A stretch of 64,000 nt of DNA from assembly GCF_016432865.1 (NCBI RefSeq), contig NC_067398.1, forward strand, positions 83,824,001 to 83,888,000, given 5' to 3'. The notes beneath the pieces are model-generated. The model was given only the letters and a program-made list of their open reading frames with translations. It did not search any database and had not been told where the DNA came from. Made by a program: the position numbers and the translations under genes. Within the stretch, counting starts at the first letter, position 1. Each line of letters opens with the position of its first letter. Below, piece by piece: positions 13,373-25,790 of this stretch. This DNA is from Antechinus flavipes. Lineage: Eukaryota.

Positions 13373-13749
13373 CGAGTAAAAGTGAGAATCAAGACAGATA
13401 AGCTATATAAAACTACATGGACCTCCATGTGCAGTAGCAAAAACTGAAAATGAAGTAAATGACAACTGATAGAGAATGGCTACCCAAATGCTGGTACATG
13501 TATGAGAAAAGATAAATATAAATAATCCATAGAAGCAACAGAAGATTTATATGAATTGATACAAGGTGATAGAGGCAGAACCAGGAAAGCAACATATACA
13601 ACGAGGGCAATATGCAAAAGGAAAGGAACAATATAACTAAAAATTAATGTTGCAAAATGATTTTGCTTAAGCTTGATCCCTTAAAAATTCATTTACCAAC
13701 TTTCTCTTCATTGCTGAGATAGGGGACTATGGAAGCAATGAACAATAAA

Positions 13750-13870
13750 CAGGGTGTCCCAAAAGTCTTAATGGAGTTTTAAGCTGCAATAGTCCAATTC
13801 CATTACTCTCCTTCATATACTAGCAAGGTTCAATAGCTTAAAACTGCATTAAGACTTCTGGAACATCATA
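13750..13870. mobile_element. Tc1/mariner-type MITE (36-bp terminal inverted repeats, 49-bp spacer)
   Basis: Left TIR CAGGGTGTCCCAAAAGTCTTAATGGAGTTTTAAGCT (13750-13785) pairs with right AGCTTAAAACTGCATTAAGACTTCTGGAACATCATA (13835-13870) at 30/36 positions. The right end runs into (TA)n, consistent with a TA target site. Confidence 0.75.
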
Positions 13871-13972
13871 TATATATATATATATACATATAAACTTGAA
13901 AGATGTGGTGAGTAGGTTAACTGTCAATTGTTTCTCTCTGTCTCTGCCTCTGTCTCAATCTCTCTCATATCC

Positions 13973-14122
13973 TTTTTTTTTTTTTATGCTGAGGCAATTG
14001 GGGTTAAGTGACTTGCCCAGGGTCACACAACGAGGAAGTGTTAAGTGTCTGAGGTCACATTTGAACTCAGGTCCTCCTGACTCCAGGGTTGATGCTCTAT
14101 CCACTATACCAACTAATTGCCC
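13973..14122 (-). mobile_element. WSINE1-like SINE, full length
   Basis: poly(T) + GCTGAGGCAATTGGGGTTAAGTGACTTGCCCAGGGTCACAC...TTTGAACTCAGGTCCTCCTGACTCCAGGG...CTATCCACT...GCCC. Confidence 0.9.
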
Positions 14123-14563
14123 CTTCTCTCTCTCATTCTTAAGGAGTCGAGGAGGGATGTCTTAGGAAATGAAAGTGATGAAAAACATAAGATATCAGTA
14201 ATTTTTAAGAAAATTTGAAGTGCTATTTAAAGCCAGCTATTATTGACGTTATTATTATTATTATTATAGTCCATCTGCCCCCTCTTCTCTCTAATCTTAC
14301 TTATAGTTCAGCCCTCATTTCTTCTCTCTTTTCACTTATGAGAGCCTGTAACCCACCTATCTGACTCTAGTCTTTTCTCCCTCCAATTCACTAACAGAGT
14401 AATCTTCTTATCACTGGTTATAATCAGGATATTGAAAACTGAAAGGAACTTAGGATCATATATTCTCACCTTCTAATGGGGATTCTATCCCTAGTCATTT
14501 CTGATTACAGAACTTTTCCCATCAAGACTCAGTTCAGGGGCCACCTTTCCTACATGAAGTCCT

Positions 14564-14566
<3 letters not shown>

Positions 14567-14608
<42 letters not shown>
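14567..14608. repeat. (AC)21 microsatellite
   Basis: Directly visible. Confidence 0.95.
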
Positions 14609-14610
<2 letters not shown>

Positions 14611-14689
14611 ATAAAAGGAATCTCTCCTCTTGGGAAACCGCTCACTCTTCCTGGACCTCTCCTCCCTTTGGCATCCAGTTCAATCTCAG

Positions 14690-15180
14690 AACACATTAAG
14701 TGCCTACTGAACAACAAGCAAACACAGTGCTCAGGCCTGAGGATGCAGACAAAAAAACAAGACCATCCCAGACCTCCAGAAGCTGGCATTTCATAGAGAA
14801 AATGTATCTAAAGGGCTAATAAATACAAATACAAACACACACACACACAATGTCAACACCAATTACTTTCAGGGCAAGAGACAGTTGTTTGAGGGAAAGG
14901 GATTAGCAAAGGGCCCAGGTAGGAGCTGAAATTTGAAGAAAATTAGGAAATATTTCTAAGAGGTGGAGATGAGGACAGAGCACATTCCAGACATAAGGGA
15001 TGGCCTCCCCAAAGCCTCCTAGACAGAGACAGAACATACTGAATAAGGAACAATCAGTGGGCCAATGACGGCGGGCCTCGGGAGTGTGGGAAGCAGAGTA
15101 ATGGGACATAAATCTGGAGCCATACTGAGAAGGGCTTTAAATGACAAACAGAGAAGTTTTCCTTTGATCCCAGAGGCATC
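14690..15180 (-). mobile_element. L2 LINE 3' fragment (old)
   Basis: ACATTAAGTGCCTACT...CAGTGCTCAGGCCTGAGGATGCA and downstream GAAGGGCTTTAAATGACAAACAGAGAAG typical of L2 3' regions; boundaries approximate. Confidence 0.6.
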
Positions 15181-18100
15181 AGTGATGGTCAACTCTTATC
15201 AGAATTATTCTTGCACATAGCCTTCACACTGGGGAATAAGCTTCTTCAGAGTAATATGCTACTGGATCTACCTTTATACTATCCCAATATTGTTTGGGGA
15301 CTTGCATATATTGTAAGAAATGCTCATTAAATTAAACTGAATTTTTAAAAAAAAATGTTAAAATTTTGTATATGCAATTGGTGAATACTTAATGAAATAA
15401 GTAAATATTAGTTTTTTTTTAAGCAATAAATTAAATTGGGAAGGAAGGCACACCAAAAGAACTGAGATTGGAGAAATGATTTGCAAAGATTTTAAAATTC
15501 TGATCAAAATGCAGTTCTCTCTCCCCTCCCCTCACTGCTGCCTAAATAGCAATTAACTCTTTGTTCACCCACTTCTATAGAATCCCTACATTTCAAAGTT
15601 AGGAAGGACTGTCAGAGGCCATCTAGTAAGACCCAATTCTATTTTGCAGGTGGAGAACTGAAACCCGTTGTGTTCTATTCACTAATAATTCTTTTCTTTC
15701 CTGTTATGATCTGCCTTTCCCCTCAGACCAAGGAGCTTCTTGAGGATAAGGGCAGGGGGAGAGGGGGGTGCTCCTGACTCTTAGCTCACTGAGGGGCAGG
15801 GTGCTTTATATTTTATCCTCCTAGTTTCTCCCACAAATTAAAGGCTCCATCCAGGGTGGGAATAAATCTCCATTCTTTTTTCCCTGTTTTTTTCCCTGGC
15901 ACAGAAGGCCCTAGCCAGGTTCTCCCCCTAGAATGGGGAGGAAAAGTTGCTCCTGTTCAATCTCAGTCCAGGTTCCTGCCTTTGTTTTTTATCTACCCCC
16001 CAACACTGATCTGCTACCTCCTTATCAGGGCCAGACTGGGTCGGCCCCTTACTCCATCATCTCCTGCCACGGAGAGTCCGGCCAGAGATGGACAGGGGTT
16101 CAGAGCACAGAGCCAATCCCTCTCACCTCCATATCAGCTCCCCAGTTCCCACCCCAGACTCAATTCCCCAGCTTTTGCTGACCACAGAAGGATGTCTCTG
16201 GGTGTTCCTGGAGATGCCCTTTCCCGTCAGGAAACAACACATTTCTGAGCAAATCAAACAGAACCAACTAGAGCAGCCTCTGAGATTATCTTGTCCAAAT
16301 CTCTCATTTTCCTGAGGTCTAGCATTACCCGCCTGTCTAATCGCATAAAAAAATCAGCAGAACCGGGGACTTGGGCTGACGTGACCTCATCCCAGGTCCA
16401 ATCCTTTTGTAAAATGTCATTCTCCTTTGCAAGGAACTCAGGAGATCAAGGTCCCAGGCTATTATTTTGATGGGTAGCCAAGTTCTAAAGGCCTTAGATT
16501 TCCTGGATATGGGAGCATCGCTGTCCTTAACTTCCTGTTAAAGGGCAGAAAAAGACATGGGTTCAAGGAATCCTCCCACCTTTTCCTCCCAACCTCTGGT
16601 GTAGGTCTGCCTCGAATCCCTCTGATTAAAACTGTGGGAGTGGCTTCCTTTCCCTTGGGTCTGCCTTAGTACCACCCTGCCCCTGTTTCCAGATGAAGTA
16701 TCCCTGAACATTTAGGCTCCAAGGCACTGCCAGATTTCTGAGTTCACCCCTTGACCTGTGACCCTGAGACATGGATAAAAATTCCCATTTACAATACTTT
16801 GCAGCTTACAGAACGGATTTCCAACAATCAGCTCGCAAGGCTGGTATGATCACTTTTCCCATCCCTACTCCCCATTTTACAGATGAGGAAACTGAGGCAC
16901 AAAGATGAAAGCCTTGTTCCTACTTGCATGGTTTGTCAAGTGTTCTGCTTCTAAATATAGGGTTCTTCCCACCAGACCCTGCAGAAACATAAGGTCATTC
17001 TTTCCTCCACCAACACGGGCTGAGGAGCATTTCGTGGTTCAGGCACCAGCCCGGGACACTTAAGCACGGCTGTGAAGGGGCAGGAAGGAGGAGAATGAGG
17101 GGTCGCCCAGAGCTAAAAGCTGCTATGTAGGCAGGAGGCAGGAGGAAGAAAGGGGGCGGCCACATCTCTCCTATTTATTAATCGGCTGCTGTGTAAAAGT
17201 GGGGCCAAGGGGGCCGGGCAGAGGTGTCAGCAGAATAAATCTCTCACCTTTTGGGGCCTGGGCTGGCCATTGAGGAGGCGGGGGAGTTGAGGGGATTTCA
17301 CAGTCCTAAGCGATTAACTCTTCCTCCTCCCATTTCTCAAACCCACAGCTCAGCAGTTTCCCTGGCTCCTGGCCCCTGCCCCCCACCCACCCCTGCTGAG
17401 CCCCACCAGAAGGAAAGAGACTCCACACAAAAGTTATCGAGGCAGAAAAGCTGATTAAAGACAGCTCACTTCCCTGATCTGTTGGCAATACCAGCTCAAG
17501 GGGAGCCTGGAAATGGTGCTGACCATGGAGGACTCAGCCCGGGCCCCCCGGGAATCTCCATCCCCGCAAATAAAGGACTCGCCCTGAGGTCCATGGCTCA
17601 CTGGTCCAGCTAGGCCCCTCTCTCTGGGCCCCTCAGTTAGGGTGACCACATCTTTCCCAGCTCTGGGAGTCTCAGTCCATAGATACCAAGTGCATCCAAG
17701 TGTCCCTGGTAAGGGGAAAAATGTCCTGACATCTGCATCTCTTAGAAAGTCTTTAACAAAGCCAGCCTGTGTGAGCACACACCCACCCCACTGGTTTTCA
17801 TGGACCATGATTCCCACCAGGTCCCGGTGGGTGGGAATCCAATCCACTCCCACCCCTCTAAGAGGGGTCCCCTGATCCCCCCAGCTCACCTTTGACCTCT
17901 GCCCTCTCCCTGCCATGGCCCTTAAATCTTAATCATACACCTAGCCATGAGCACGATCACGGAATCAAGAAACCCAAGAGAGAAACTACAGAGAGGAAGG
18001 AAAGTGACCCAGCCCTTCGTTCCTGGTCCAGTTCCTCCCACTGTATCAGCACCTCTCGGCATTGCTTCTCTGAGCCTCCCCAAGCCAGACTGTGAGCTCC

Positions 18101-18578
18101 CGAAGGCCCAGCCTCCGCCTGTCCCGTCCCCTACAATGAACTGAAGCAACCGGGGGCTCTGCTCGTGCCCATCGAAGGACTCCCTGACCACTGTCCCACA
18201 CTACCCTCTAGCCAGGACAAATGAGAGACCCAATGGACAGAGAGGGAGGTCAAGCGAGGTAAGCCCGTCCACCACAATCCTGACCTCCCAAACGTTAGCC
18301 CACTGTGTCCGAGGACCCAGGACAGGCATTCTTCTCCCGCCTGGCTCTCAGGGGGCGCAGACTGACCCTATCACCGCTTAATCCTCCATGTCCGAGAGTG
18401 GGGACAGCGCCATGGGAAATCCCAAGCCTCCACACCGCTGGCAGGGAAGTGAAGTCACTCCTTCCTGCCTGCTTCCGGGTCTGCCTTGCCAAGGCCCGTA
18501 CACATACAGGGGAAGCCTGGGATTCTAGTCCTAAAATGGCCAATGCACAGGGAAGGACGACCGAGAACCATCTCTTAC

Positions 18579-18690
18579 CTTTGAAGGAGAGCTGGACCCT
18601 GGGGGTGGCAAAGAGGTAGTCCTTGGTGAGGGCAGCAGGCCAGGCCCCGGTCAGCAGGGAGGCCCAGAAGAGGAGGACAGCGGCGGGCAT
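18579..18690 (-). CDS. SEMA3F: Semaphorin-3F, first coding exon (signal peptide and start of the Sema domain); partial CDS, remaining exons lie outside the window
   Basis: The minus strand reads ATG CCC GCC GCT GTC ... TCC TTC AAA G|GTAAGA = MPAAVLLFWASLLTGAWPAALTKDYLFATPRVQLSFK plus 1 nt (112 nt, phase-1 donor). It is colinear, without gaps, with the human SEMA3F N-terminus as I recall it (MLVAGLLLWASLLTGAWPSFPTQDHLPATPRVRLSFK-E). Canonical GTAAG donor at 18578-18574. Confidence 0.96.
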
Positions 18691-18739
18691 GATGGGGTGC
18701 ATCCGAGGGTGAGGGAGGCAAATGTGGCCCTCGGGATAC
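18691..18739 (-). other. SEMA3F: 5' UTR portion of SEMA3F exon 2
   Basis: Minus-strand acceptor TCTGTCTCCAG|GTATCC (AG at 18741-18740) with a pyrimidine tract, 49 nt upstream of the ATG at 18690. Confidence 0.8.
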
Positions 18740-21700
18740 CTGGAGACAGAATCTGGGTCAGGATGGATGGACAGCTCCCACCCGAGAGACAAATGGGTTC
18801 TACCCCCATGACTACCGCCACCAGGGGACCAAAAAGGATAATCTCCCCAATGGTTTTACTGGGGAGAGCCCCGACCAATAGGGCTGTCTTAGTCTGTCCC
18901 CTCTGGACAAAAGACCCTTGTGAATATCCCCGGTATTCCCCAACTTGTTTACCCATCCTCACCCCAGCAAACCTAGTCTGGGGCTAAGGATCTGGGGTCT
19001 GAGTCTCTCTAGAAGGCCCCCGGTTCTCCCTATCTTCTCCACCTCGAAATAAAAGGAGGGTCTGGCCCTTTGTGAGAGAAGCCCAAACCATTCTTATCAA
19101 ACCAAAGGAATCAGGAGGGTCCCCCTCCCCCATCCTTGACAAAAGGGGCTGTTCCCCTTCCAGCCAGGAAAGAAAAGGAAGAGAGATGGGGCCATTCTCG
19201 GCCACCTCAGCCAAGCATCTCCTCCCAACTCAAAAAACCTGGATTTGATTATTGAAGGGAGTCGGGGAGGGGATGGAGAGGAGGGAGGAAGGGAGAGAGA
19301 CAAGCAGTAGCTGGGGGCGGGAGGAGGCACAGAGAGAGACAGACTGACAAAGATACCCGGTGAAATCGAAGAAGGGGAGCAGAAGTCAGAGCCCGAGAAC
19401 GGGGGAATCGCCTCCAGCTGCAGCAAGAGAAATGCAGATCAGAGGCAAAGGAGAACTTCCAGGCTAGGTCGGACTCTCTGGGCACAGAGAAGAAGAAGAT
19501 GGACTGAAGGAGCAGGGGCCAAGGACGGGCTCCCACTTGCCATCGAGCACCTGCTCTTTTCCCAGAGCCATACCAGCCAGTGGCCCAGCACAGCTTTCTC
19601 CCCGGCTCATCTCCCCCACTCCCCAAACCAGCCCCACTTCAAATCTGTGTTTTTCAAATATTGTCTCCCCAGCAGGCTGGCTGTTTGGGGAACACCGCCC
19701 ACACCAGGTGTCCAAGCAGACTGCTTCCTAACCAGACTGTGCCGATTGGCAGAGGCACTCGTGCCAACTCCCTCCCCCTGTGGGGAGGGGGCACTTGGCA
19801 TGGAAAGCCAGCCCAGGACTGGAGCCTGCTCAGCCCCACGTTCTCCTGGCAGGACTCCAGGGATCAGACCCTGACCCTCAGGGTGACTGCAGGGAAACCT
19901 ATGAAGAGAATTTACAGCTCGGAAGGCAAGTCGTGCCCCTCACTTTACAGATGGGGAAACTGAGACCCAGAAAGCTGGGTCAAATAGATAAGAAACAGCA
20001 GGGATGGGGGATTTGAACTCAGATTTTCAGATTCTACATATGATGAGCTTTCTTGACTACCCTAGCCTTTTTGCCCAGCTATTAAATGAATGAGGCGTGA
20101 GGAAGGCAGCTCCCTGCACCCGTGTCTGTTTTAATCTTCACTCAGATGGAGGGGTCATCTACTGAATTGCTGAGTAATGAGCTGAGGACCAAGAGGGTAG
20201 GGTGGAGCACCAGTGGGCACCGCCAAGGCTGGTAGGGTCGCCAATAACTTGGGTCATACATGTGTTCCCTCCTTTCCAGCCAGCACCCAGTGCCGGGTCT
20301 ACCTCTTGCCAGAGAACTTTAATTCAGGATTAGGTTGCCAAAGTGCCTGTTCAGGACTGTGTGACCTCAACTAAGTCCTTTTCCTTCTTCCAGCCTTAAT
20401 TACCTTGTCTCATAAAACAAGGGGCTTAATAATCTGGCTTCCACTCCTCCCCTTCATCCAGCTTCGGTAATGAAGTTTCTGACAAAGTGTGTCACTGAAA
20501 CAGAGCCTTTTAATTAATTAAATTAATGAGATGTGAGGCATTCTACAAATGCCCCAATTCTGGTTAAGAAAACAAACAAGAGGGTTAGGCTAGATGATCA
20601 TTAAGAGCTCTTTATTCTGTTGCAAGGGCACTCACTGGCATTGGGGTTTGAAAACTTGGGATCTGCCACTCACCAGCTCTGGGCGACTCTGGGCAAATCA
20701 CTTCTCTTGGAGCCTTGGTTTCCTTCTTTGTCAAAATAGAGGATGGATAAAATTGAAATCTTAAAGATGATCTATTTCAAGCCAGAAGGGGCCTTGTGTT
20801 GGCCATCCAGGTAAACCCTCTCATTTTACAGATAAGAAACCAGGCCCCCTAAAGCATAACTCTGTATGCAAGCCCTGAATTGTCAAGGTACATGACGCTG
20901 GCCTGTCCTATGGAGTCCTTCCTTGTGGCAAAGGGAAGGAAAGAAGGAACAACAGGAACCTGAACTTTGGGCTCCTGCCTCTTAGACACAAAAGATTCAG
21001 AACATTATAGCTGGAAGAAAACTCTGAAACTTAAGTCCTTGGTTTTACAGGTGGAGAAAATGAGGCCCAGAGACAGAGCAGAATCGGCTTAAATTCAGGC
21101 ATTGAGTTGGCAGAATTGGGAATCCTCAAATTCCCTAAAATATCCCTAAAAATGACCCTGGCTTATCAAACTTCCTCTTCCCTGTTCTCTGGGACACTAC
21201 TCCCCACAAAAATATATGCAGGGAATCTCAGTTCACCATGGATCTATTTGCTGAAGCGATTGCCTCAAGCCTTTCCGGAGCTGGGTGGACGAGAGACCGC
21301 CCAGCAGAAATCAAGCAGACAAATATCAGATTGTAAGTGAGGTGGGTCACTGGCTCCCTAACCGGCCACAGAGCCATTTTATACCTCAGTTTCCATGACT
21401 GTAATCTTCCTTTCAGCAGGGATGGAAAGGGTTAAGATATACAGAAATTCTTAGAAAGATCAGAGTAGAAGAGGTGAAGACTTGGGAAACAGAAAGCCCT
21501 ACCACCCTTCTCCTAACCCCCACCCCACCCCTCAAAACACATACTCCTAAGCAGCTCTGTCCCTTTAAGCAGGGTGGAGGGAGGTGGGATGGGGCCACCC
21601 GTTCCAGAGCAGGGATTCTGTGTGTTTCTTTAACCTGTCAAATTGAGACAAGTTGATGAAGCTGCATTTTATCCTGGGGCTGAAGCCAGGGGCCCTCAGC

Positions 21701-21789
21701 AATCCTGACAGGGACACCCCTACTCCCCCACCCACTGCACTGAACAGGCTGCCTGCCCAGCCCCCACCAGCCTGGGTGGAGATAGGGGG

Positions 21790-21791
<2 letters not shown>

Positions 21792-21850
<59 letters not shown>
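21792..21850. repeat. (GA)n microsatellite, ~29 units
   Basis: Directly visible; explains the REREREER and SLSLSL ORFs. Confidence 0.95.
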
Positions 21851-21853
<3 letters not shown>

Positions 21854-24547
21854 GAAGGGAAAGAGGAAGAAGGAGGCATTGTCTGCTGTCCCTCTTCCTC
21901 GCTTGCTGTTTGTCTCCTCTCTCCATCTCTACCCCCTTGAACCAAATCAGGCCCAGATCCATGCCTGCCCCTGTTCCAAGGCCTCCCCCTTTCCCGCTGG
22001 ACCCGTTAGGTTTCCCCAAAACCAATCCAGTTAGGTGGGCTGGGGCCAAGGATGCTCTCTCTGCTCCTGCCGCCACCGCCTGGGAGCCCGCCTGAGCCCG
22101 CTAGCTAGTAAGTGAGCGAGCGAGCGGGTGAGGGAAGGAGGGAGGGGAGGGAAGGGAAGGAGGCAGCAAACAAAGAAAAAGAGAACTGAAGAGCTGGGGG
22201 AGAGGGGGCAGAGGGGAAAGGGGGGCTAAGCCCAGGAGGAGGAGGCGGAATCTAACTAGGCACACACAGGGGCCAAGGATGGGACTCAACAGGATGGGCT
22301 GGCCCAGCCGGTTCCTGGAGCAGCCACCACTGCCCCCGCCTTCTCAGGTGTGTATGGGGGGGGGGGCAACAAGGTTAATGGGAGGAAAGGCCCAGCTTTA
22401 CCAGGGCACTGCCATCTTAGGAAATGCCCCCTCCAGCTTGAGAAGGTTCTCTGAGCAGATCGACCAGCAGAAAGTCAGAAAATCATGAACCACCACTGGG
22501 TGCCAGCCTGTCCTTTCACCCTACCTCACCAGACCTCATTGGTGATAACCCAGTGTTGACAAACTACAAGCCTAAGACAACCTCTGGAGAAGTTATCTGG
22601 CTGAGACAGAGGGTAGAAGCAAAGGACAAAATCCAAGCATCTCTAACCTCGTACCCCTTCTTCCCCAACCAGTACCAAGAATCTTGATGGGGATCCAGGA
22701 TTCTCCAAAGAGGCATTGCCCAGCTACGCAGGGAATTCTCCCCATTTCTCACTCCCCATCTCCTATTCTGCTCCCAACTCCTACCTCCACCTTACCCACT
22801 CCCTCCTCCTTCAGAATCTGCAGCCTAGAATTCAGACCTGAAATCCCAACTCCCTGCGCTCACCCACTCCCACACAGGTCCCCCTAAGCCTGGGCAGGAC
22901 TCTCTCCCACAGCTCTACTTTAGTCTGGCAAAGGCCCTATTCAGCCTCCTCAGCTCTAGGGACGCATTCCAACATCTGCAAGGACCCTTGCAGGAATTGG
23001 AACCTTGGAGTACTAGGGAAGAAGCAATCTCATGTACCTTCCTGTTCTCTCATCCCTCCACAGAATATACCTTCCCAGCAATGGCAATGGAACCTCAGAA
23101 TTGCCTTCAGTCTCCCTCTACACTCCCCTAAACTGATGGCAGCATCCCCAAGTTAAATGGCTGGACACTAAGAACCCTATTGCCTCCCTATTTGTCATGG
23201 GGAGAGTTTCCCACCAGCTTAGGGTCTTCTTCATTAACCCCTTCCTCAAACTCTGAAAACTGACCAAAAAAATTAGGTCTTCCCATCTGCTCAGTGAGCC
23301 ACTCCCAGCTTCTTCAAACCTCAGTTATCCTATCTGTAACATGGGAAGAAATAGCCACTATTATCTTTAGGCTAACCTTGGATTGTACCAAAGGATAATT
23401 TCTATACTTGTAGCTAACTGCTATTATTGAAGGTTTAGCATCTTTCTCAAATCTTCCTCTTCCCTTCCCCCCAAACCCCTCCACAATCAAATCCTTGAAT
23501 CTAATCTGCCCTGGCCCCACCCAGAAAAGAAATCAGTGTGGTATAGCAGAAAAGAGTTGGTTTTGATCAGAATACTTGGGGTATAGGTAAATCAATGCAT
23601 CTTTTTTTTTCTTAACCTCAGTTTCCTTAAATCTATAAAATGGAGACCTTAGACTAGATGAGCTCAAAGTCCCTTTCAGCTCTCAATTCTATAAGAGAAC
23701 CACTGCTCAGACCAGCCTCACATTTCAGTGTTGGAAGGGACCTCAGAGATTAGCCGATTCTACTCGCTTTGGGCTCTTTCCCCCTCTCCCAGGCCCAAGG
23801 CCATCTTGGGCCCTTCCAAGTTTCTGGGGTCTTCCAGAGATGGGTCTGGAAGTCCAGCATGTCTGAGTCTCTTCAGTTTTACCTACCCCTCTTCTGACCA
23901 CCATTTCTCTCTCTGCATGTGGGCATGATGTAGGCAGGCAGGATGGAGATGGAGTTATGAAGGAGTTAATTGGCCAGCAGTGAAGCTATTTGAAGAATTA
24001 AGTGTTATTTACCCAGCCGGCCTGCTCCTTCTCCAGCCCTCCCCCATTCTTTCCTTTCCCTGACTGATAGAACTGGGGTCTGTTGAGCTGTCTGTCTGTC
24101 TCTCTTTGCTCCTTCACTCCCTCTTCTCATCTTCCTTAATCAGACTGTGGACCCTGACTTTTTCAGGAGTCCCAGGCAGGATATTTTCCTCTTCCCATTT
24201 CACAGACTGGGCCTCAAGCTTGAACAAGCAAGCAAGGGCTCCTGGGTCATCTTCCCAAAGATTCCACCATCACCACTTCACTCCTTAATCAGCTTCTTCC
24301 CTGAAGGTCTGGATTGTGAGAGTCCCATTCCCTCCATATCTGGATTCCTTCCCCACTTAGCACCCCCTCTCCCATTGATAGAAATAGCCTTGGTCTCCCC
24401 AGCCATGGGGTCTCCCACTAATTATACAGTCACAGAAATAACAAACAGGCAGATGTGGGAGCAAAATTGGCAGAGATGTTCAGGAAGTCTGTTGGGGGTA
24501 GAGTGTAGAAGGGATTCTCCCATCATTCCCACCTCCCCCCACCAATG

Positions 24548-24550
<3 letters not shown>

Positions 24551-24596
<46 letters not shown>
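24551..24596. repeat. (AC)23 microsatellite
   Basis: Directly visible. Confidence 0.95.
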
Positions 24597-24602
<6 letters not shown>

Positions 24603-25692
24603 CATAGTGCCTAATACCCCCTCCTTTCTAAATTAAGTCTGGGGTGTGTGTGAGAGAGGAAATGGAGACAAGATGTTTTAGAGCTCTCCCCCCCACTACC
24701 ATCTTTTTCTGATGCTCAAACTAGGTCCCTTTTCTTTCCCCAGTCAGAGAAAAGAGAAAGGGATTGCTTAGGGAGGTCCCAAGGAACTGGGCCAAAAACC
24801 CTGTTATAGTTTCAATATCTCTCTTCTTCCATTGTCATCGATTTCCCCAACTCTTTTTTTCTGCCCAGGTCTTCCTCACTTATCCCCCTTTCCTACTACC
24901 TAGTAAAAGCCCTAGTTAGTTTCACCCAATGTCCCCCACTTTCCATGGTCACCAATTTCCCCAATACTTTTTCTACCCAGATCTCTCCCACACATCCACC
25001 GTTCCCACTACCACCCCATTTCACAAGAGGAAACTGAGGCACAAAGTTGATGAGTTCCCCAGGAAGATACTGGGGATGTGGGGGAGGTGGTGGAGAGTGG
25101 GACAAAGATTTCACCAATAGGGAAGTGGAGGTCTACACTGGGGGAAAATATTCCGCCCCTTGGGGTTCCTTTCTCTCCAAGCACAGGGCTAGCCTGGATG
25201 GGGGAGGGGCTGTTAGAACCCACAGCCCCCAAGATCCTGGGTAGAAAAGTTGCTGCTTCGGTACCCAATCACGCAGAGACTAAGACGCTTCTGCACTCCC
25301 CACCCCCAGCCCCAAAGTCCACGACTGAGGTCCTCAAGGAGTTAACGATGCCTCTACTCTGGTTTAAATGAGGGGAGGTTCACGTCACGCCCCCCTCAAA
25401 GGGCCCACCTGGTCGAGCCCTTCTCAGTTCAGTGAGTGTTGGGCGCGCGGGGTCTGTCCCAGTCAGTTCTTCCTTCAGAGTCCCTCACTCTCGCCTTTAG
25501 TCCTACCCCCCCCCCCCCCAAGCAGGAGTCCTGGCCCAGTACTTTCCCCGACGCAAGCCCAGAAGGGGGTTGGGAGACAGACTCAAAGGACTTCAGCAGA
25601 GTTGGAGCGGGAAAGGGGCGCAATTAGCGGCCCCCCAGTCCTGCCTACTTGGGGCGCCTGCAAGAGCCTCCCCCGTTTCTGGCCCCACTCAC

Positions 25693-25790
25693 CTTTCCCG
25701 AGGCGCAGGCGGCGGCGACGGCGGCGGCTCCCGGGCTCGGTGTCCGGCCCTCTCAGCCCAGCCAGGGCTCCCCACCAGCCCCCACCCCCG
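25693..25790 (-). other. SEMA3F: Probable non-coding exon 1 of SEMA3F (3' boundary supported, 5' boundary approximate)
   Basis: Strong minus-strand donor GGGAAAG|GTGAGT (GT at 25692-25691) inside the CpG island, preceded by GCC-rich UTR-like sequence and upstream GC boxes (GGCCCCGCCCCCG ~25819-25830). The TSS cannot be read from sequence. Confidence 0.65.

Larger units (their letters stand above)
1..18578 (-). other. SEMA3F: SEMA3F intron 2 (partial, >18.5 kb; continues beyond the window start)
   Basis: Starts at the GTAAG donor after the first coding exon. No sequence encoding the expected exon 3 peptide (ELKATGTAHFFNF...MYVGSKDY) was found by eye. Confidence 0.8.
18740..25692 (-). other. 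SEMA3F: SEMA3F intron 1 (~6.95 kb)
   Basis: Bounded by the GT donor at 25692 and the AG acceptor at 18740; depends on the exon 1 call. Confidence 0.65.

Noticed and set aside
18295-18792. 165-aa ORF containing the SEMA3F peptide
   Set aside because: Only 18579-18690 is exon. The ORF runs through the GTAAG donor into intron 2 and begins upstream of the acceptor.
18740-25692. p53 response element reported for human SEMA3F
   Set aside because: No convincing paired RRRCWWGYYY decamers found by eye; a PWM scan would be needed.
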